Shown in pieces: positions 38,580-52,675 of a stretch of DNA of 64,000 nucleotides. Each line of letters opens with the position of its first letter. Position 1 is the first letter of the stretch. Source of the stretch: Trichinella spiralis (Eukaryota); NCBI RefSeq assembly GCF_000181795.1, contig NW_003526948.1:1534206-1598205 (forward strand). Reading direction: 5' to 3'. The translations under genes and the position numbers were made by a program. The notes beneath the pieces are model-generated. The model was not told where the DNA came from. It saw only the letters and a list, made by a program, of their open reading frames with translations, and did no database searches.

Positions 38580-41500
38580 TGATGCGCAGAAAAGGAAAAA
38601 GAAAAACTTTTCCCCTACTCTGACTGAAGAAGGCTGTTCGGCGTTGTCGGTGGATTTGCAGCAGGTTCGAAGATGGTTACCAAACTGATGCGCTGAAGAA
38701 TTGTTCAAATGCACAGGAAAGGAAATATCAGACGTATAATCGCTATCTTCAGATATCCCAGCTGCAAGAAGTATGATAAAAAAGCTCACAAACAGACACT
38801 TCAAAGTGGATTATCAAAAATTATTCTTCCTTTCTAGTTGAAAAAAAATCTCTGGATACTACACTTTCGACAGCAACAACCCAACAACTACAAGCATCGG
38901 CAACTAATACACAAGCTCTCTAGATCTCGAGATGCTCTTTCAATGTAAGCAATATGCGGCAAATTAACAATAATAAAATAAACTGACGAACAAGAACCAA
39001 TAATAAAATCGCAGTTCGATACTAATCGTCTGCAATAGATCAAAATATAAGGAATCATTTACTACTAGTGAACAACAATTCTCTGCGTCGGTAAATCATC
39101 CAATACTTATGAAATGAAAAAACAAAGAAAACAACAGAAAAACAAATAAATCCATTTTTTCAATTTAACTGTCAAGAAAAGAACTCTGATATTCTCAACT
39201 CAACTGACAAATGATTCGTGGCGAAATTTATTAAAACTTTTTCTTCTCCATTCAATAAATACTGTTCTTTTAATAAAATCGGGAAATTGTAAATTCTGGT
39301 ACACTTTTGCCTTTTTAATTTGAAGCAAAATACTGTCAAATGAAGTCTCATGTGAAAAATAATTTTCAACAAAATACGCTAAATTGAACCATAATTTATT
39401 TCCCGCAAATAATAATTCACACTCCTATTTATAGTATTATTGCTGATGTGTTTTGTTATATGAGAAAATAAAAAATAATAATAAATTCAAATTCTTACAT
39501 CGATTAAACTGAGCTCGTTTCATTTGCAGTTGCGCAGTGGAAATCTGAAAATAAAAATAAAAATAAATTCTAAAAATAAAATATAATACAATAAAAGCAT
39601 CAAAAAACACCAACATTCAAATGCTCCAATGTTATCATTGTTCAGTTGCATCCGTCTATTTGAACAGAATATGAACAATGGTTCGATTTCATTTAAAAAA
39701 ATAATGCACTGGGATACAGTAAGACTTGAAATTAAAAAAATTTTTAAGTGCAAATAACAGTCAGAAAACAACAGAACTTTTACATGATAGAAATTAATCA
39801 TCAAAAAGAGAAATGAATGCTCATCATTTTACAATAACTGCCATTAGCAAGTAATTAATAAAATTGAAAAATAAAAATAAAAAAAAAATATTAATTAACT
39901 GTTCTCTGAATTCGACAGTTCATAATTTGGTAATTTTGATAAATAATCGCCTCGTGATAATAGCAAAATTGAATAACAGCATGAATATAAGAAAATAAAT
40001 ATTTTTAAAAATTAAATCGAATTAAAAGTAATTGTGCAAAAATATTTCCCGATCATTCTTGCTGATCATTATTGTAAATAATTTTGAAATTTCAGTTGCC
40101 AAGTCTGAAATCTTTCTGAATACTTGTGTTTATGAAAATGCACCTTCAATGGGTATAAATTATCCATTATATGAATAATTTAATTTTTTACATATTTATA
40201 TAAGAAATCAAAATATGTGTACCCACCTGATTCATTTTCATGCATATTTTACAAGTCATTGACAATAATGCAAACAATAGCGTTTGCAAAGACCAATAAC
40301 AAGTCGATAGAGAAAAATATTGCAGACCAAAAAAACACAAGTAATGAAACTGAATGTTCTAGCAACTGAACTTATAAATATGGGAGAAAATTTACTTAGT
40401 TTTAAACATTATCTTGATAAAAGGATCACCTTATTATACGTGACTTGATTTATACCATTCTTAACAATTATAATTCACTGTTCAACTTAAATAAATTTAA
40501 AATTACAAATTAAATTTATATTGTAACAACGCACCAAACAATCAATGCTATTATGAAATTATTCAAATCACGGCTATTCCTGATAAGTTAACCATGCAAA
40601 TAATCAATTCATTAATCAAACAAAAATATACAAATAGAATACCTCTTCGTCCATGCGATTTAAAGCTTCTAATTTTTGCTGCAGTATCTGAGCTTCTTCA
40701 TCGTTGAATTCTCAAATTGAATTGAATTATTTACAAATTTGAAAAAGCTGAATATGCTGGAAAATAATAATAATTATTATTACCTAAAGGAAGTTCAAAC
40801 CGAACATCGGCAAGCAATAAATGTGAAGTTTGTCCTCGATGACCGACAACTTCACCATTTTTCGTTTCCACCTCAGAGAACAACTGCAACCATTTTCCAG
40901 AACCAGCCTGTAATAAATTTAATAATTAAAACAAAATTCCCAAAAATTTATCAATTCATTCATCGAGAATCTTCTGTGAATTTTTCCAAATACACTATTT
41001 ATAAAATCAAAAAAAAATAATATTCATCTTTGTACATTTGAAGATGAAAAATATTGATATTTTTACAATTCTTTTATACTGACTTAATTCATTTAATAAA
41101 ATTACTGCTTTAAATTTTCAAATGTCACTTTGGACAAAAAAATAAAATCCAATTTTGTACTGACAGTGAAATTATAATATCAATAAAAGCCACAATACAG
41201 TATAATTGATTAGCAAAAAACAAAAACAGAAACCCATTCGCTGAACAGATCCAACAATGAATACAAGTTATTAAATTTTTTTCAATCAAAATTCAAGATG
41301 TTTCACCTCAGTTGCATGCAATTCGTTAAAGTTACAGTATCAGTCGAGCAGGTTATTTCGTTTTTATGAGACTAATAAATAAAGCAGAATATAATTTATT
41401 CTTCAAATTTCCTCAAAATTGAAATTTCAATATTATATAGGTTAATAATATATAAGTATTAGAATTATTTCAAATTGCTACATGCTCAAGTGAATCGCAG

Positions 41501-44500
41501 TGGATGAAAATTACAACAATCAAAGCAGATTTATTTGAGTAAAAAAAATGCAAAATCTGTTTAAACAAAATTATTCTCTCCGTTTCTCAGTAATTATAGT
41601 CAATTGTATTATTGATTCAGATTAGTAAACGAAATTAAAATTGAAGATACAAAATAATCAATAATCCTTCTTACATTTTATTGTAATACGAAACCAATTT
41701 CAAAAGCTATTATTAAATTAGTTATTCACAAAAAACTGTGAGATAAATGTCAATTGTTTAGTTTTATAAATAAAATAACTTACACTGTTTTAAAATGGAA
41801 TATTAAAAATTTTAAAAATAACACTACTGTTAATTTTCATTTTTTTGTTTGAAAAATCAAAAACAGCTAGTATATAGAAATTGTTAATCGAAAAATAGTT
41901 ACAAGTCATTTTTATCATGTCATTGTATTTTAATAAATTTCAAAAATAAAAACTCATACCACGTTCGAATAATGCACTGACGTTAGTGGCATAAAATACA
42001 CGCCCATCAGTTTGTCCCACAAAACACCTTGACTCCATAATTCAAAGATCAGTCCAAGATCTAACCGTTCTGTTTCACTAAAAAAATATTATTATTATTA
42101 TTGTTGTTGTTGTTGTTGTTGTGATTGAAAATATATTCACAATGTGAAGAATAAAAATGAAAAACAATTTACAATATAAACTCTTGCTCCCAACAAGGTT
42201 CGCTTCCTTTTACTGCTACCGTAGTCGATTTGACATTCTGCAACTTCAACGTTACATAAGAATGGACTTCATCTAGAAAATTCAATTGAAAACATCATGA
42301 AAATTAAAACAAAAATATACAATAAAAAACAAGATTATTTTCATTTTCGCTATTCATATATTTTTTGAAGTAATCAATCGACCAGTACAAGTGAAAATTT
42401 AATTTTACAAATTCCTGAATGTATTCATTATGCAAATGAACGAAAATAAAAATGCCAACTATTTGTTATTTCATAATCAACTCTATTTATTTAAATATTC
42501 AAGTTAAACTGCATTATTATCATTGCTTCTATTTATTTCAAAAATTCAAAAAATAAATAAGTAAAGTTTTTGAAACAAAGCTACAGTAAGCAAGTGTAAT
42601 TTTTCTTCTGCTCTGTACAAATAAAAATAAATACAGAATTGTCCATTTTTAAACCACAATGCAATTGCAATTCTATCGGTGCAGTCGCATGCAAAAAATG
42701 AATTATTCATTTCAATTATAATTAACCAAAATTTGATCGAAAATAATTTAATTTATGGGAAATAATGAAACGGTCAATTTCAACTGTAAAAAAGCATTTT
42801 AATTGTATTAGAATATAACGTTTTCTAACTTCAACCCTGAACAATGAATCAATTAAAAATAATAAGTAAAAAGAAAAGTAAATCAATAAACAACTAAAGA
42901 CTATTTATTGTTTTATTTTTGATTATTTAATAATCATTACACATTTTGTATAAAGAACTGTTTATTCAAAATGGAAAACAATTTTAAACTTTGCCAGCGT
43001 TGGCGTTGTATATTCTTCGGCACGAGGGTTGATTATAAGCGATTGAGCATAATTTCATGCTTTCAATAAAGATAAACTGAAATCATAGCACAATGATGAT
43101 GATGATAAACGTTGCCAACGAACAATTAACTGCTATTAAATGACGCGCTCGCTTTCGGTGTTCAGTTCCATCTTTTGTTGGACGTAAAATAAGCGAAAAA
43201 GATTCCCCAGACAGGGTGAAATTATGAACAAATTTTCATTTCCCACTTCGACTTCAAACAATAAACGACGTTTAATAATTGAAAAATTGATTCATCTCCA
43301 AAATCGCGCATCAAGCAAAAATCACGCGAGCAAAAGATTAGCAACGAAACTAATTATTTGACTTAGTTATGTATATATAATTTGCATTTCGTGGCGGCAA
43401 CAAGTGAAATTTTAATTTTTGCATCAAATTCATTGGCATCGTGTAACATGAACTCTAACAGTAACACCGATGCATTTTGCAACCAGTGGAAGAATGTTTT
43501 TAAGCAAATCCTGAACTCCAACATAGAAAGTCAAACATAACAACAACGAAAAACCAAAAGTCAGTCATAATCAATCTCACAGATGAATCTATTATTATTA
43601 ATCATAATATTCTGACAACTCAACCTATCAATTATGTAAATTTCAACACTTACAATAACAATTTATTTATTAACAAAAAAACAAAATTTTTACTTACCAC
43701 TTGCACCATGCAGTCGTGCTTTCTTCACTAAAATTAGAAAAAAAGCAAATTAGTTTAAAAACAGTGGCAAATTATTTTCATAAAAATAGAAAATTGGACA
43801 ATCAATCTGCTTACAAAATTCATGCTCACAAACGCAGTAGGCAAATATATGGACAGTTTGAATATGAAAAGATGCCAAGAAAAATATTTAAATCAAAAAT
43901 CATTCCATCGCTGAATTTTCTGCTTAAATATTATTGTCATCAACTTTAATAACAGGTTCACTTGCTACTTACTGTACTGCACGATATCAAAATAATGACG
44001 AAAATCATTATTACAATTTCCAATAAACAGATTTTTAACATTAATAAATTGTATTACGGTTAATATTTAATAAATAAATAAATAAATAAATAATAATTCA
44101 TTGTGTATTTTACTTTTTGCGTTTACTCAATCATTTGAAACCTATCAATAAAATATGCAATGTTCCATGAATTTACTTTTACTTCAATCTCATTTTCATA
44201 ATAAATGCAAGCTATTATTTGCAAGAAATTTCGTTTTAATATTTTATATATTTATTCATTGTGAAAAAGAAAATAAAATGAAATGATCAATTATCAAAAC
44301 TTATTGATTAATGATAATAACAAGCTATCGACACTGGCAAGATAATGATGAATCAAATAATGAATAATAAGATTGAAAGGACACTTGTGATTATTTTCAA
44401 ATGAATGATTTAATAATAAGAGGGAAGAAAAGAAAATATTAATAGATCCTGCCGTTTATAAATAAAAAATGACATTTATGAAAAAAAGATAAAAATGCTC

Positions 44501-47500
44501 TTTTTTTATAAATTTCAATTCATTTATTGTGGAAATATATTTTCAAACGCTTGCTTGTCGGTTTCCTTATGCATGGTAGATAAAATTTGCATTTCTGTAA
44601 CAGTCATTTCTACTACAGTATGATGAAAAGAAAAGAAAGTTTTTGATTAAATTTAAAAATAAAAAAGAAGAATATTATCGAAGTTTGAAACACCTTTATC
44701 TAATTTTAGATCTTTAAATTTCACAGTAAATGAAATTTGTTCAAATGAATGTGCGCATGCGTATTTTGCTTTATGAAAAATAAATTTCGCACCAGCAAAT
44801 CAAAATCACTTTTCATGCAATGCAATTGAATGGGCCTTTTGAGATGCTAAACAGCCGATTTCAATAAAATATTGTCCATCAATGAACAGCTTATAGAATA
44901 AACAAATCGAATGCAATGACGTCATGAAGCTAATTGCACCACTGCCGCGTAAAGCTGAGCTAACAATAAAGCTGACGTCGTGTACCTTACCGCCGCCGCG
45001 GCCGCCCACTGTAATGCATGTTGAATAATGAATAAATAAAAATTTCAAGTCAAAAATACAATATAAAATGCTTTTCAATCAACGTGTTGCTATTTTAACG
45101 CCTTCAATGAAAATTTCAACAACATCTAAATGTACAAATTATTATACTGAGCATAATTACAAAGCAAAATTGCCATCAGTACAAAAGTGAGTGAAAAAAT
45201 AAATAACATTTAAGCAAATTAAACAGTTTGAATGAAAATTTAATATAAATTCAACAAAGCAGAACTGAATTTTGCTTTTAACGTGAACGATACGAAAAAT
45301 GACATCAATAATAAATTTTCCAATAAAGAACTACCGCTTTCAGCAAACTTATTACAATTCGAAAATTAAAATTATCATCAAAAATGGTTTAATGAAAGCA
45401 AACTTGCTTGTTTTTTTTAATAAAATTTGTTTATTGAGAAACAATTTTTATTGTATACGTTGGTAATTTATTTATTTAACAAAGTGAAACGAACAGACGA
45501 CGTTTAGCCGATTTAATTCGATCAATTAAACTACTTGTCAGAAGCAAAGAAAATTCTGATTAAATACACTTCATATTTCGTTGTCAATTAAATGTATCTT
45601 TCTGTTCAAATTGACAAAATATGTTAAAAATGAAAAATCCCAATAATAATAACTTGATAATAGAAAATTATACATACAGTATCCCCATACATATGCATAT
45701 AAAAGAATTTTTTCCAGTTTGAAAACAATCACGAAAGGATTTAAACAAAAGAAAGGAAAAAAATGTAATAATAATAATTATTGTATCCATACCTCGAATG
45801 TAACAGAGAATCAATGTGGCGAAATTTTCATCAGATATAGTATTCATTTTGAAAATTTTGCAGTGTTGTCTTGCTGAACAGATGAACAGCAAAAGTAAGC
45901 AAAGTATAAAAGCATGCCAGCGAAGTTAATGTGAAAAGCGCCACCTGTCACCTTTTGTCATGTTAAATAGGTAATATTTGCAAAAGGATCAATGTGACTG
46001 ACAAAAGTGCTAACAAAAGATTGGTGCTGTGGGATGAAAAATAAAAATGAATCAACCAATCTCGGCAGTAATATTTGTAAAAAGAGAATGAAATTAATAA
46101 TAATGAATGAATGAATAAATAAATAAATAAATAAATGTTCAAGGAGAAAATGATCAAGTTGGTTGTGCAGAAATCAGCCAACCTAAAGTCGAAATTATCG
46201 ATTGAAGTTCGGATGGCTTATATAGCGCAATAAAAGCTGCCTAAAGCAACCAGCACAAGTCGGAAGTGAGCAAATTGGCAAACCAGCCACTTGCCGTTGG
46301 AAAAATGAAAATTGGACAATTTAATTAAAAGAAGCTCAAACAAAATGCCAAAACGTTTGTCACAACAAATCTTCGATTTCAAGCAAAATTCCCATTTTAA
46401 ACTACAGAATAAGATTTCCAATTTCCAACACTGGCATCAAGCTACAGCTGTTCCCCCCTCCCTCCCCTCAGTTCAGCGTTCCTGCCCCTCGGACAACAAA
46501 CAAACAAGAAAAAACAACAAAATACATACGTTCAAAAAATGCAAATAGCAAATCAATAAACACAACTTTCCCAAAACGCTTGCATAAACAACTATTTTTC
46601 AGATTCATAAAATTCCATATACAAATATATACGTATATATATATATATATATTTATTTATTTATTTATATATGTGATAGAGGACACTATTTTTGAATTCA
46701 AAAATACTTTAAAACATTGATTAATTCAATTGGAAATATTAAATTGCATTAAAATTAATAATTGAATGTTCCAAATAAAGAAATAAACTTGTACAATGAA
46801 CACTTATTATAAGTAACAAAAATGAAAGTCAAATGCCAAAATGTGTACATCGGGTGACAGATATTTGTAACACCGCCATCACTTTTCGGTATGAAATAAT
46901 TTAATTTGATTGTGCATAAAAATCAATAAAAAATAAGAGTGAAATCAGTTACTCAAGAAATTGAATTACGCTTGTGTTTTAAAAATTCACTCACATGTCA
47001 AAAAATGATTATGAAGCACTGCAAAAAGAATGAAAAAGTAGCTTAAGAAGCACAATGTTGTCATTATTGGTATTACAAAAGTCGATGAAGTGTTCAATGA
47101 TAAAAATATAAATGAAATTTAAAAAATAGAAAAAAAGTAAATATATTATATATTGCGAAAAGGAAAGGGAAATAAATTATGATTTAAGATGAATGAAACA
47201 ATTCAAAATGAAAACATTTGTATCGTTATTCGTTTCAAATTTCATATTGAAAATCGCCTTTCGTGCAAATATTATTTCCATATGTGACTTGTATGAGGAA
47301 GCAAATTTTTTGCGTCTCATTTAAAATATTATTCAACTCCATTTAGTTATACATTTATTAAACAGACCAAAACAGCATCACTACTGCACAATTCAAATAC
47401 AGTATTACAGAATATATGCAAGTCTGAAAAAAATTAAGAAAAAAATAATAACCCCAATATAGAAACAAAATAACATGAGAGCGGTTTCTTAAAATAGTTT

Positions 47501-50500
47501 CAAAAAAATCAATATTTTTAATAAATTACAAAAATATTAAATAAAAAATTTAAACTTTAAACAACTTTTACAAACATCAACAATCTTCAAAAAGACCAAA
47601 AGTGTCATGGAAGAAAATCAATTATCACTGAATTAAATAAGATAACATATAATTAAAATGTATAGATTTTTCAAAAATTCTGTACAGAAAAATAGACAAA
47701 AAACAAAAAGTACATCGTTGTAATTGCCTAACGTACAATTACTTTTATTATTCATTAAACATTCAAATAACATTTCGATAAATTAAAATGATACAAGAAG
47801 TAATTAATTATTTCTTGTTAATTCATGACAATAATTCAAATTTCAATTGAATAAAAAACTTCTCTTAACAAATACTATATATATATATATATATTAAAAG
47901 ATTGAAGAAACGTGTCAATTTTTATATTACATAAAATAAACAATCGTAAAAATAATCAATAAATTAATTTTCTGCTTGATAAATAATAAATGTGAATTTT
48001 ATGCTGTATTGCAACTCACGGAGGATCACCATTAATCAAAATAACGAAAATGTAAATAAATTTGAACATCACCATCATCATCATAATACAGTTGTACTTT
48101 TGAAATTAGATTAAACCACAAGCAATTATCATTGCTTACAGTGTTACTCTTCATAGCATGAATTTGAAATTGGATTCAATTTTAATAAATCAAAATTTGA
48201 AATATTAGAAAACTGATAATATAAGAATTAAAAAATGCTTTACAACTACAGCATGTGAATGTGAAAATTTTGTTGACATTGAACTTGAAAATTTAGCTTA
48301 ACGAAACATTTTACCTATTTCCAACGAGTTAATTTATATTTATTTGATGTACTATTAATATTATTGAAAGTGGTGTCGGCAAAGAAGAAAACACTGAAAA
48401 TTGACCCTTCACTATAATATTTTTGTGATAACTGATATTCAATAGTCAATTTAAAAAGCTATTTAACGTGTCCAATAAATTGAAATGATGCCCAAGAAGA
48501 GTTTTTTTTATTTTATTGCAGAAAAATCTTTTTTGTCCAGTAATGTGAATCGTAAATACGTCGACTTGTTATTAATGTTGTAATTTAAACGTCCATATCA
48601 TGTTTATTTGCCAAAGTAACACTAAACGAATAGACTGTATCAAGAAATGATGAGATACTAAAAAAAAGCAATCAAAGATGTTGGCGTCTGCTGTTAGATA
48701 AGCAGTGTTTCGTTTCATCTTTATGCGATATCTTAACCAAATTTCCCAAATGCATCGTTTCTGTCGGTGTTTCTGTGAAAACATTGCTTCATTGGTCGAT
48801 GATACGATTTAGCTTGAGCCGTAAAATCTAATATCATCACCAGCGGAAATTTAACAAATAACGAAGTTTCAATTTAAGTCGGCAATTGACAGAAAACATC
48901 ATTGAAAACTTCCATCAACATTTCAATAATTCAAAGAAACAATTTATCCAAGTCCATCAATGCTTTGCTCTTCGTTGCTCAAGAATGTTAATCAAAAATC
49001 ATACTTTAAAGTGTTTTAATTACAGTCAAACGTTACATGAATAAATTTAACAGATCAGGCCATAATCTTGATGTTGAAAATGAAACGTACCGTGAATTTA
49101 TTTACATGAAGTGCGGTAATTTCATTTTTATTCACTTCTGCAACGCAAATGTCAATTTCGTACTGTTTTTTTTTGAACTTCATCTCGTCATGTTTTTCCT
49201 TTTTTACATACATTTCTTCAATTGTTATATTGAATATATTGATTAATGAAAATTAACTGTTTATTTTATCAAAAATAAGAAATTTTCATCATCTTAAAAC
49301 AAAAAAAGAAAACTATTATTTTAAACAATGTTCGGAATACTGTACCAAATTTCAAAACAAATACCATATTCATACACCGTGATGAAAATTATGGCCTAAT
49401 ATGTAAAATAAACAACCTATAAGTAATTGTTTAATTATTGTTAATAGTTATGAAGTGATAGAATAAATGTAAAAATAAAAAAAAATAAGTGCATCACTAA
49501 AGTACATTTATAGTTATACAATAGATGACTGCATTTAGATTTCAATTTCTTCGATAATAAGAAAAACACAAAATAAAAAATAATAGACCTGATTTGTATG
49601 TATAAATGACTCATATGTTTATAATGAATACCATATAAAACATTGATAAGCTTCTGCTTTGAACAGTTGAAAAATCATACAATGAAACCAGATAAAGCTA
49701 ACAAAAGCAGATTCACATCACATTGTTGCGCTGCAAATTCAGATACGTGAATCAACAAAACTGTGTATTAATATTATTGTGTCAATAAGAAATTATCTTT
49801 TTTGTAACATTAAAAATTACATCATACTGTAAGTAAATTTTGTTTAAATAGCTTTCAAATTACTTAAAATATTTGCATTTCTGTGCAACCACTTTTACTC
49901 ATTTATAAATACACCGTTTTTTCCATTTCAACTTGCTTTTTCAATAGGTACCAATCTATGAATGCAATGCTAATGCGCTGAAAGATTGTGTTCATCTTAA
50001 TATTCAACATAAAACTTATAATAAACAAATTGCTAACAATAAATGAAAAGTGATCATTATAATGTTCAAACCGAATGTTCAACTAAATAAAAAATGTCAA
50101 AATTCATAAATGGCAAAACTTTATTCAATGAAACGAACACAAAATACAAGCAAAAAACAATTTCCAAAAAGTGGCAATACAATCCACCAAACAAGATGAA
50201 ATGAACAATAATAAAAGTGGCGCTAATGACAATTTAAAGTACAACAAAAGAAACAATAAAACGTAAAAGAATAATAAAGTAAAATAAAAAATCAATCACA
50301 ACACAACGACCGACCAAACGTTTCCACATCTGCAACAAAACAAATAACGTATCATAATCGCATCATACAAACAAGTCAACAAATAAACTGCCCAACACAA
50401 CAGCCCTAAATGAAAATTCCGCGTAAATGAATCCTATAATTGAAAATTTTCCCAGCCTTCAATTCCGCTTCTTGAAAATTCTTCTCAATAGTAAATAATC

Positions 50501-51567
50501 ATAATAATAATTGATAAATTCAAATTTACAAGCATGCTTCCAGTATTTAAGTCAACTGAACAAATTAACAATAAATTAAAACCTTTTCTAAAATAAATTT
50601 TGCAATTTTATTTGGAAATAAATAAATCTGTCTCAAAAGCAAACAAACGCGTCACGCTGAAAAGAAGAAATTAAAATTTAACACTGAATTCGCTAATTAA
50701 ATTTTGAAAAAATCTATAAACTGTCATATTGCACTGCAGAAAATCAAAGCTAAGTCGACCAAACTGAAATTTTAAAATTCCCGAAGGAAAGATACATAAA
50801 GCATCATCGAGCATTAAAAGCGCGTCATTGCGCAGCGGTTTATTGAACACTTTGCTTGCATAGTAAAGCAATTTTAACCAACGCCCACATTTTGTTCTTT
50901 CAAATGGTTGAATTTAAAAATAAAGGAAAGAAATAGCAGACGTTTTCACAAAAGTTAAATACTCGCTCTATTGTTGCAAGAAGAAAGCGACGTAAACAAC
51001 CACGCTTGTGAAGGCGGATCAGCAATTGAAATATGCTAATTTCATTATTGGTGATAAGCCCACATATTGATCAGCATAATGCAGACTTTTGAGCAGCTGC
51101 AGAAAAGGAGAGGCTCGTAAATCGATACAGTGTGAGACTGTCTCGATGCATTCTAGTCAATAGAACAAGAGACTGCAATTAAGCTACCTGTCGAAATAAC
51201 ATATTATCTACCAGCAGGTTGCACAGCTTTCATCAAATCAAATTTTTGTCAATTTCCAGTTTCAAAAGCTTAAATTCAATATACAGAAGAAAATTCAAAT
51301 CCTTTACACCTAATCTAAGATCATCAGGATTAACACTACAGTGAAACAAATAACAAAATCATAAACAAACACAGTTCAAATTGAATAATCTTCAGGTACT
51401 AATAATAGATGACAATGCAAAAACCATTCTCTTATAAATATTTCAAAAAAGAAAGAAATTAATCACATCGGACAAACAAAATTAGCGCCAACAGAACTGA
51501 AACTACCTTCCGCATCAAAACACAACTCAAACATCATAAGCTTACCACAAATGCACAAAAGGGACAT
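24991..51567 (-). CDS. unc-13: UNC-13/Munc13 synaptic vesicle priming factor, long isoform (C2A - CaM site - C1 - C2B - MUN - C2C); ~40 exons, ~1749 aa if all are included
   Basis: Exons: 51567-51546, 43727-43698, 42272-42173, 42077-41960, 40907-40784, 40710-40643, 39544-39499, 38761-38619 (or 38625), 38495-38224, 36552-36463, 35402-35337, 34198-34082, 32159-31802, 31732-31622, 31454-31446, 31050-30979, 30909-30690, 30607-30484, 30225-30119, 30043-29902, 29830-29789, 29729-29602, 29477-29299, 29033-28716, 28643-28554, 28370-28257, 28194-28046, 27966-27881, 27695-27569, 27508-27412, 27322-27179, 27113-27036, 26970-26804, 26732-26534, 26461-26393, 26334-26233, 26162-25937, 25859-25764, 25711-25552, 25330-24991. 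Motifs: MSLLCICVKKA...QNVKSTT (C2A), [29 protein letters not shown] (C1), [26 protein letters not shown] (C2B), [14 protein letters not shown] (MUN), [10 protein letters not shown] (C2C). Linker exons 7-12 are less certain than the domain exons. Confidence 0.97.
31446..31454 (-). CDS. unc-13: 9-nt microexon of unc-13 encoding Val-Leu-Lys
   Basis: ctcttattctgttcattcattctag|GTG CTG AAG|gtaaac, phase 0/0, between ...PLVSEL and [10 protein letters not shown].... Confidence 0.85.
31820..31870 (-). other. unc-13: Calmodulin-binding motif of UNC-13 ([16 protein letters not shown])
   Basis: Basic amphipathic helix with W..AF anchors located before the C1 domain, matching the Munc13-1 CaM-binding site. 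Coordinates are approximate. Confidence 0.8.
37892..37926. repeat. (TATAT)n pentamer repeat
   Basis: Read directly from the sequence. Confidence 0.85.
44917..45009. promoter_or_regulatory. CRE plus GC-box cluster in unc-13 intron 1
   Basis: TGACGTCA at 44917-44924, TGACGTCG at 44973-44980 and CCGCCGCCGCGGCCGCCCAC at 44990-45009, in otherwise very AT-rich DNA. Confidence 0.4.
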
Positions 51568-52675
51568 CTCTTGAGTGAGCAGCAGTCAGGAAGCAGCCAG
51601 CTGCCCGATCAGAATGGACCACACGCTACGCATGTGTAGGTCAGGTCTTAATCAACATGCAGCATGGATCTTCAACAGGGAAACCTATGCACATTACAGT
51701 ATGCACTACAATAAAAAAATGCAGGTTTTTATTTAATAATTATGTAAAAATAATTATAAATTTATTACAGTTCGTGAAATATCAAGCAAATTTACATGAA
51801 TATTGGATTAGCATTCTGTAATATTTGGAATAAAATGTTTAATATTAAGCTTTGAATTGCTCTGTGTAACATTTATGCAGTATATAGTGCAGAAAACATA
51901 CAAATTTGATATGAAATATGCAGAACTGTTGCAGTAAAATGTAACATATGCGAAAGAATTTTACATAAATACGAAATTAGCAAGATAATGAAAAACTGCA
52001 GCATACATACTTCAAGAGGAGAATATTACAACATAATGCAACATTTATTCTTCGATACCAACCTTTCAGCTTCCAAAATATAAGCAAAAGCTGTATGTTT
52101 TTGATACATTGTTAGGCATGTTATTTTACATATAGTAAGTGTTGATACCTAAGTGTTCAAAATTTTCATATCAATTAGCTCCTTCACTCAGCATTGCATG
52201 CAAAATTTGCATATCAATTAGCATCTCCTATTATCAGCGCAGTTGAATAACACTGTTTTTTTTCAATTTTCAGATAAAATTATGAATAAATAAAGTCATG
52301 TAAATTCAATCAAAATAACTACATGAGAATGAATTTATTCCTCAGCATGAAGTCAGTAAAGATGTCAGCTATGTCATAAAATTAGTTACTTTCAATTTTA
52401 AAGTTTTTGTAATATGTGGAATAATGTTAATGAAATAAATAGTGCCAGATATTTGTACACTTTTATTATATTATTATGTAATAGATTAAAATATACTTTA
52501 ATGTAATGAAACAAAACTGAACAACACATAATTTGTAATTAAAAGCTCTTATGCATCTCAATTTTAGGATTTTTATTATCATATAAATTAAATATTTAAA
52601 AAAATGGGATAGCAAAATATAAAATAAAATTTGATTGAAAATTCACATAATAATTTTAAAATGTGTGCTGTAGAA

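Noticed and set aside
39610..39655. Exon-like block upstream of unc-13 exon 7
   Set aside because: In-frame TGA in the required phase 0; exon 39544-39499 already fits.
48400..49270. Locally reversed strand bias in unc-13 intron 1, suggesting an antisense nested gene
   Set aside because: No ORF or exon chain could be supported.
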